From Candidatus Bathyarchaeia archaeon (lineage in GTDB: Archaea > Thermoproteota > Bathyarchaeia > 40CM-2-53-6), in NCBI GenBank assembly GCA_050012795.1, contig JBEKGM010000020.1:7162-71161 (forward strand): DNA of 64,000 nucleotides, written 5' to 3'. The notes beneath the pieces are model-generated. The model made no database searches. It worked only from the letters and a program-made list of their open reading frames with translations, and was not told where the DNA came from. The translations under genes were made by a program, and so were the position numbers. Below, one piece after another: positions 60,872 to 64,000 of the stretch (position 1 is the first letter of the stretch; every line of letters starts with the position of its first letter).

Positions 60872-61189
60872 ATGTCAGACGGAACCCAAGCGCAACCCAA
60901 GCCACGTCAACCGATACCACCAGATACAATCTTAATCGGTAAGAAACCAATTATGGCGTACGCGACAGCAATAATGATGCACCTTCAGTCAGGATCTCAA
61001 CAATTAACCGTAAAGGCTCGGGGAAGAGCAATCAGCACAGCAGTTGATGTAGTTGAAGTCACGCGGAGGCGATTCTTCGCGGGAAAGCTCACAATCAAAG
61101 AAATCAACGTAGGCACCGAGGTAATCGGTGAAGGCGCCGACGTACGGAACGTATCAACGATTGAGATTAAACTCGAGAAGAGTCCATAG
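60872..61189 (+). CDS. albA: DNA/RNA-binding protein Alba
   Basis: IGKKPIMAY, KARGRAISTAVDV, NVSTIEI. Confidence 0.95.
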   Translation: MSDGTQAQPKPRQPIPPDTILIGKKPIMAYATAIMMHLQSGSQQLTVKARGRAISTAVDVVEVTRRRFFAGKLTIKEINVGTEVIGEGADVRNVSTIEIKLEKSP

Positions 61190-61383
61190 TACCACCACAT
61201 CACGCGTTCTTATCTGGAATTTATGTCGGATCCACAAGGCGATTGTGGATTCCCCTGTATTTTCACGAAGAGAGTTGTGACTTCAATTATCTACTCTAGT
61301 CAACGTCAGTTGATCAATTGCCATTCTACGTAAGATCAGAATAGTCTGCTCAACGACTTCATAACTGTCGATTATGAAAAACT

Positions 61384-61406
61384 ACTTTCGACGAGTCGAC
61401 GAAAGT
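61384..61406. promoter_or_regulatory. 23-bp imperfect palindrome upstream of the cdv operon
   Basis: ACTTTCGACGA-G-TCGACGAAAGT. Confidence 0.45.
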
Positions 61407-61501
61407 TGACAGCTTTCTTTCATGAAATTTGAATAGCGTTTGTCCGCCTAGGGACAAGAATCAACTAAACTTGTTGTAAACACAAATGGAGAGATCGAAA
61501 A

Positions 61502-62134
61502 GTGAACAATTTCCTAAATCAATGGGACGGCGAACAAGATAACCGCAGGATCGCTATGCCCTTCCACCACCGTCCTGCGCTCAAACAACAGCTTTCTTCT
61601 GCGATTTATCGACTGAAAACCCAGCAAAACAAGCTCGAATCAGCAGCTCTCAGAATGCAACAACACGATAAGGAAATCTTCGCAAAGTGTGTGAGCGCTC
61701 AAATGTCACACGACACAGCCCGAGCCGCAATGTACGCAAACGAATGCGCAGAAGTCAGAAAGATAGCCAAAGTGACGCTCCAAAGCCAACTAGCCCTAGA
61801 ACAAGTGGCCTTACGCCTCGAAACAATCGAAGAATTCGGGGACATAGCACGAATGATGGGTCCAGTAGCCAGCGTCGTACGGTCAGTCAAAAATCAGATC
61901 TCAGGCGTAATCCCAGAAGTGGGGTTCGAACTTAACGAAGTTGGCGAAATGCTGAACGGCTTCATAGCGGACGCGGGAGAACCAATCACAGAATCATACG
62001 ACGTAAGCGCCTCAAATGAAGAAGCACAGAGGATACTTGGCGAAGCGAACGCGATCGCTGATCAACATCTAAAAGACAAATTCCCAGACCTGCCAAGCGG
62101 ACCACAGCGACTCGGCGAAGCCATCTCACATTAG
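61502..62134 (+). CDS. ESCRT-III/Snf7 protein (CdvB1/B2-like, no wHTH)
   Basis: YANECAEVRK, LALEQVALRLET, EEAQRILGEA. Confidence 0.9.
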   Translation: MNNFLNQWDGEQDNRRIAMPFHHRPALKQQLSSAIYRLKTQQNKLESAALRMQQHDKEIFAKCVSAQMSHDTARAAMYANECAEVRKIAKVTLQSQLALEQVALRLETIEEFGDIARMMGPVASVVRSVKNQISGVIPEVGFELNEVGEMLNGFIADAGEPITESYDVSASNEEAQRILGEANAIADQHLKDKFPDLPSGPQRLGEAISH

Positions 62135-62145
62135 GAGAATTCGTC

Positions 62146-62832
62146 TTGACTGTAACCGTCGAGCAGGTGGGTAAATACCTTGGAAAGCCGATCGAGGACT
62201 CGATGGGACGACCAATAGGAAAATTGGTTGGCCTCACGGCGGATATCAAAGATGAAGTCACAGCAATTCAGATCGCGCATAGCGACGGTGAAGTTGCACA
62301 GCATCCAATAACTTTCGTTAAAGTCCTCGAAAACAAACTAATCCTAATGCAAACTTGGCGCGTCGAAGCTGAAGACCTTAGAAAGAAACACGACATAATC
62401 GTACGAAGACGACAAGCCCTCGACCTGCTGTTAAAGGACGGGGACATCGAAAAGGCAGAATATGATCAACTACGATCGAACTACGAAGACCTGGACACAC
62501 AAATCAAAGAGAAACGAGAAACATTAGTCGACACTCTGAAGCACGTTGACTCGAACCTGGAGCAACAGATAAACAATCTACAAGGAGCGCTCACAAACAA
62601 CAAGATGCTTTACTCCTCAGCGGAGATCGACGAACAAACCTATCACGGAGTAACTGAATCAATCCGTTCCGGTCTTGAGATATCCCGAAAAGAACGAAAA
62701 GACATCGAAAACATAACCGAATACTTGAACGGAATCGACTCTGTGGAAGTGCCCAAGGAGCCCACGTTAGTTCAACCATTAAAGAATCCTTCCTCTGATG
62801 TCGTAGTGATCAAGCTCAACAAACTCACTTAG
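62146..62832 (+). CDS. cdvA: Cell division protein CdvA
   Basis: PRC-barrel-like YLGKPIEDSMGRPIG, coiled coil, C-terminal VVVIKL. Confidence 0.9.
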   Translation: MTVTVEQVGKYLGKPIEDSMGRPIGKLVGLTADIKDEVTAIQIAHSDGEVAQHPITFVKVLENKLILMQTWRVEAEDLRKKHDIIVRRRQALDLLLKDGDIEKAEYDQLRSNYEDLDTQIKEKRETLVDTLKHVDSNLEQQINNLQGALTNNKMLYSSAEIDEQTYHGVTESIRSGLEISRKERKDIENITEYLNGIDSVEVPKEPTLVQPLKNPSSDVVVIKLNKLT

Positions 62833-62851
62833 ATGCGAGTGACTTGGAGAC

Positions 62852-63631
62852 GTGGTCTCTTTCTCGGTAATAAAACGCTTCGAAGACAAGATACACGCGG
62901 TCCCCATGAAAGAAAGAATCGAACAGGCAAAATTCAGGTTGCAGGCTCAGTACGATAAGCTGGAGCAAACCTATGCGCATATCCAACAACGAGACAAAGA
63001 CCTCTTCCAGCGCTGCGTAGGTGCACAACTCTCAAATGACACGGCACATGCACGTATCTACGCGAACGAGTGTGCAGAGATCAGAAAGATCGCAAAGGTT
63101 GTATTGGGCAGCGAACTCGCTCTCGAAAGAGTAATACTCAGACTGGAAACCGTAAAAGAATTTGGAGCAATCTGGGCAGACATTGCGCCAGTTCTGGGCA
63201 TCGTCAAAGACACGAAGTCAAAGATCGCGGGAATAGTGCCACAGGTAGCCAGCGAACTGGACGAAGTGAACAACCTCCTAGAAGAAATGACCACGGAGGG
63301 AGGAGTAGATGATGTAACGTCATCAACACCCACCGAAGCCACAGATGAGGAAGCAAAGAAAATCCTTGAAGAGACTGGCGTAATCGCTGAAGAGAAGCTG
63401 AAGGAACACTTCCCCGAGCTACCATCAATACCTGAACAAAGCCCACTCATCCTAGAGCCCGCAAGCGGTCCAAATAACAACGGTGACATCCAAGACCAAG
63501 TCTTCAGATACGCAAAGGATCATCGCACCTTCAATATCTCTTCTTGCGCGAGTGAGCTAGGAAGATCACCTGATGAAATTAGACTTGCAATAGACAAGCT
63601 CCGTGACAATGGCAAGCTCATGATCGAATGA
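62852..63631 (+). CDS. cdvB: ESCRT-III protein CdvB with C-terminal wHTH
   Basis: Snf7 core, FPELP, wHTH ...CASELGRSPDEIRLAIDKL...GKL. Confidence 0.9.
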   Translation: MVSFSVIKRFEDKIHAVPMKERIEQAKFRLQAQYDKLEQTYAHIQQRDKDLFQRCVGAQLSNDTAHARIYANECAEIRKIAKVVLGSELALERVILRLETVKEFGAIWADIAPVLGIVKDTKSKIAGIVPQVASELDEVNNLLEEMTTEGGVDDVTSSTPTEATDEEAKKILEETGVIAEEKLKEHFPELPSIPEQSPLILEPASGPNNNGDIQDQVFRYAKDHRTFNISSCASELGRSPDEIRLAIDKLRDNGKLMIE

Positions 63632-64000
63632 TTCCAAAGGCGACTTGCTTGCAACTCTCCGCATCCGAAGAACTTGAGCAAATGGCAGTGAGATATGCCA
63701 ACGAAGCGATTCAGCACGATAAACAGGGATCAAGGAGCCTAGCTATTTCTCGGTACGATCGCGCCATCGAGATACTGCTGAAGCTATGCAGTTTATACCC
63801 TAGCCAGCCACAAACCAAGTTGTACGCAAAACAGGTCGAAGCATACAAGCACAGAGTTCAAGAGCTGAAGGATGGACGCACATACGACGACGAACAGACA
63901 CAAACTGCCAAACCGTCAAAACCCGAACGCTTAGTGCTAACCGAGAAACCGAACGTCAAATGGAACGAAATCGCGGATTTGCGTGATGCAAAGAAAGCTA
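63628..64000 (+). CDS. cdvC: Vps4/CdvC AAA ATPase (partial: MIT domain and AAA start)
   Basis: LEQMAVRYANEAIQHDKQG...AIEILLKL...YKHRVQEL; EKPNVKWNEIADL. Confidence 0.92.
   Translation, partial: MIPKATCLQLSASEELEQMAVRYANEAIQHDKQGSRSLAISRYDRAIEILLKLCSLYPSQPQTKLYAKQVEAYKHRVQELKDGRTYDDEQTQTAKPSKPERLVLTEKPNVKWNEIADLRDAKKA

Overview
Archaeal chromosomal window of roughly 50% GC. It is most likely a TACK-lineage organism such as Bathyarchaeia, inferred from rpS26e, Alba, cdvA/cdvB/cdvC, archaeal-type ThrRS/ProRS and a tRNA with a BHB intron in the T-loop. 1-9.2 kb is a surface-protein island: four tandem matrixin/metzincin paralogs with graded loss of the zinc motif, three GOLD-like membrane-anchored proteins, four copies of a small 2-TM protein, and a ~300-bp duplication overlapping the alaX start. 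9.3-16.3 kb is a glycosylation cluster ending in an integrase-like remnant. 17-37 kb is an accessory regulatory region: two tandem-domain Lrp/AsnC regulators, each preceded by a micro-ORF and a shared TAGGTAA motif (one micro-ORF is a signal peptide plus a 16-aa Gly-rich peptide), a modular wHTH/Zn-ribbon family, a membrane adenylate cyclase and a nearby KaiC-like ATPase. 37-64 kb is mostly core genes (birA, thrS, pgsA-like, rps26e, proS, korAB, tRNA-Arg(CCG), argS, albA, ESCRT/Cdv operon) plus a DPM2-like protein, an ElaB/YqjD-YqjE-like trio and apparent non-canonical start codons. The best candidate for an undescribed system is the secreted-peptide/tandem-Lrp cassette. All family assignments come from motif recognition by eye; no database searches were run.
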